The notes under the pieces are model-generated. The model had not been told where the DNA came from and did no database searches. It was given only the letters and a program-made list of their open reading frames with translations. From Octopus sinensis (Eukaryota), in contig NC_043023.1 of assembly GCF_006345805.1 (NCBI RefSeq), forward strand, positions 4,526,001 through 4,590,000: DNA of 64,000 bases, written 5' to 3'. Each line of letters opens with the position of its first letter. Positions within the stretch are counted from its first letter, which is position 1. Below are positions 62,330 to 64,000 of the stretch, piece after piece. Position numbers and translations under genes: made by a program.

Positions 62330-63475
62330 AAATTTATGCATCATACAAATTGCTAAATTATGGAGAACCTATTAGCTGCAGTAATACAGCTTTAAGAGGA
62401 GCAACTACAGGAGTTGCAGAAGCAAGTATTACAACAACAACAACAGTTAAATGAGTTACAGTCAAGGATGTCCAAAAATTCAGTAAGTTTGTTTACACCA
62501 GATGGCGTGGCGAACTCGATTTCTGAATTCACTTATAATCTGGAGGAGGATATGACATTTCCTGTGTACTATAGAAAGCGTGAGAAAATTTTTAACAAAG
62601 ATTGTAAGTCATGGTTGAATGAGGAAAAAGTAAGGCTATTACTATGCAAGGTAGCTCCAGCCGAGCATGAATGCTATTGGCCAAAAAGTCGAGTGAGATT
62701 GGTTTCCAAGAAGCTATTGAATTACTGTCAAAGATTTTTTGTGACAAAAGTTCCTTATTTAACACTTGAATGGAGTGTGGGAATTTAACAAAAAATTATG
62801 ATGATGACTTTATTACATATGCTGGAGTAGTCAACCATATGTGTGAAAAGTTTAAGCTTCAGGAACTCACTCAGGATATGTTTAAATTCCTTATCTTCAT
62901 ACAAGGCATGACGGCAACTGAAGGCAAAGAAATTCAGGCAAGGATTCTCTCAAAAATGGAGCAAGCAAACCAAGACTTAACCCTACAGACCATTGCAGAA
63001 GAATGTCAAACAATGGTAAAGCTGAAGCACAATGTGAAAAAAAATTCAAGAGAAAGATTCCACAAAAGTACAAATGTGTCAACCCAGAAAGTACAGCCAA
63101 AAAAGAGTACCAGGCCCTAATCCATGTTACAGATGTGGAGACCTACTCTTCAGAAAGGAATGTCTGTTTTAAAACTAAAAATACTATAGTTGTCAGAAAC
63201 TTGGTCACAAAGGCTCACACTGTAGGACAAGATTACAAAGGTCAAATGCAAAAAGTTCTAAGGCACTTTCAGCAGAAGGTGAATATGACACAAAACAAGA
63301 AAATTCATAGTCGTAAAAATAAATGGTGTAAATATTAAACTACAGTTGGATACAGGTAGTGATATTTCTGTCATAAATGTGGATACATGGAGAAAAATGA
63401 GGAAACCAAGGATATGTAAAACAGCAAAAAGTACTGTTCACAGCAATTGAAATTGTAAATGAATGGTGTGCATTA
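62330..63475 (+). pseudogene. Gypsy (Mag/Cer-like) gag-protease remnant
   Basis: SISEFTY....TF, KVRLLL, CYRCG and CQKLGH knuckles, LQLDTGSDIS protease motif; frameshifted. Confidence 0.8.
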
Positions 63476-63639
63476 AAAAATAATAAGATTAGGCTGGGCC
63501 AATTTCTCTACAGAATTGAACGACTGCTTAAGGACATGCCACCCTCCACTCCTGACTCCAGAGGACATGTGTGTCTATATATACACACACATGTATATAT
63601 ATATATGTGTGTGTATATATATACACACACACATATGTA

Positions 63640-64000
63640 TGTATATATTGTTTAGCATGTTTTCCATGCTGGCATGGGTTGGACAGTTTGACTGGGGACT
63701 AGCAAGTCAGGAGGCCACACCAGGCTCCAATCTGATCTGGCAATGTTTCTACAGCTGGATGCCCTTCCTAACATCATCCACTTTGAGAGTGTAGTGGGTG
63801 CATTTCATGCTACTGTACAGGAGCCAGTCAGGGTGGTGGTGGTGGTGGTGTTGACCACATTCGGATGCTGCTTTTTACATGCCACCAGCACAGGGAGCCA
63901 GTCAGGCAGCACTGGCAACGACCCATGTGTGTGTGTATTTTTGTGTCTGTCTCCCACCACTTGCTGGTTGTGTACATTCCCATAACTTAGCAGTTTTGCA
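63640..64000. mobile_element. RTE 3'-tail and SINE fragments
   Basis: ttccatgctggcatgggttggacagttt...gcccttcctaac tail, shared with 10894-11080, 31860, 39000, 41000 and 47300. Confidence 0.75.

Overview
Eukaryotic, repeat-saturated window with no CRISPR, rRNA or true tRNA genes. The SINE and RTE families point to an octopus genome; this is inferred from recalled repeat sequences and the species cannot be determined. Host genes: (1) a minus-strand gene with two spliceable coding exons (6175-4765 joined to 1530-260, about 893 aa as assembled, low-complexity, coiled-coil C-terminal half), whose C-terminus probably continues into ~27-aa repeats hidden by two 1-nt homopolymer indels; (2) a candidate 200-aa orphan ORF at 59376-59978 (+). 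Mobile elements fill most of the rest: a near-intact RTE LINE, a near-full-length CR1 LINE with a polyQ ORF1, a Penelope-like RT/GIY-YIG element, a complete LTR-to-LTR Gypsy element (tRNA-Trp PBS, 4-bp TSD, -1 frameshift signal), mariner and Tc1 transposons, several R4/Dong fragments at TAA microsatellites, MITEs, many tRNA-derived SINEs and giant microsatellites. The most striking unexplained structure is a set of non-coding foldback units at 9.8-10.2 kb, 30.8-31.3 kb, 32.0-32.4 kb and 46.4-47.2 kb. Each carries a minimal type I hammerhead ribozyme motif (CUGANGA / stem II / GAAAC-NNNN-GUA), and the motifs fall into about five sequence-unrelated families. They look like non-autonomous Penelope/retrozyme-like elements. 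All folds were derived by eye; nothing was computed or searched.
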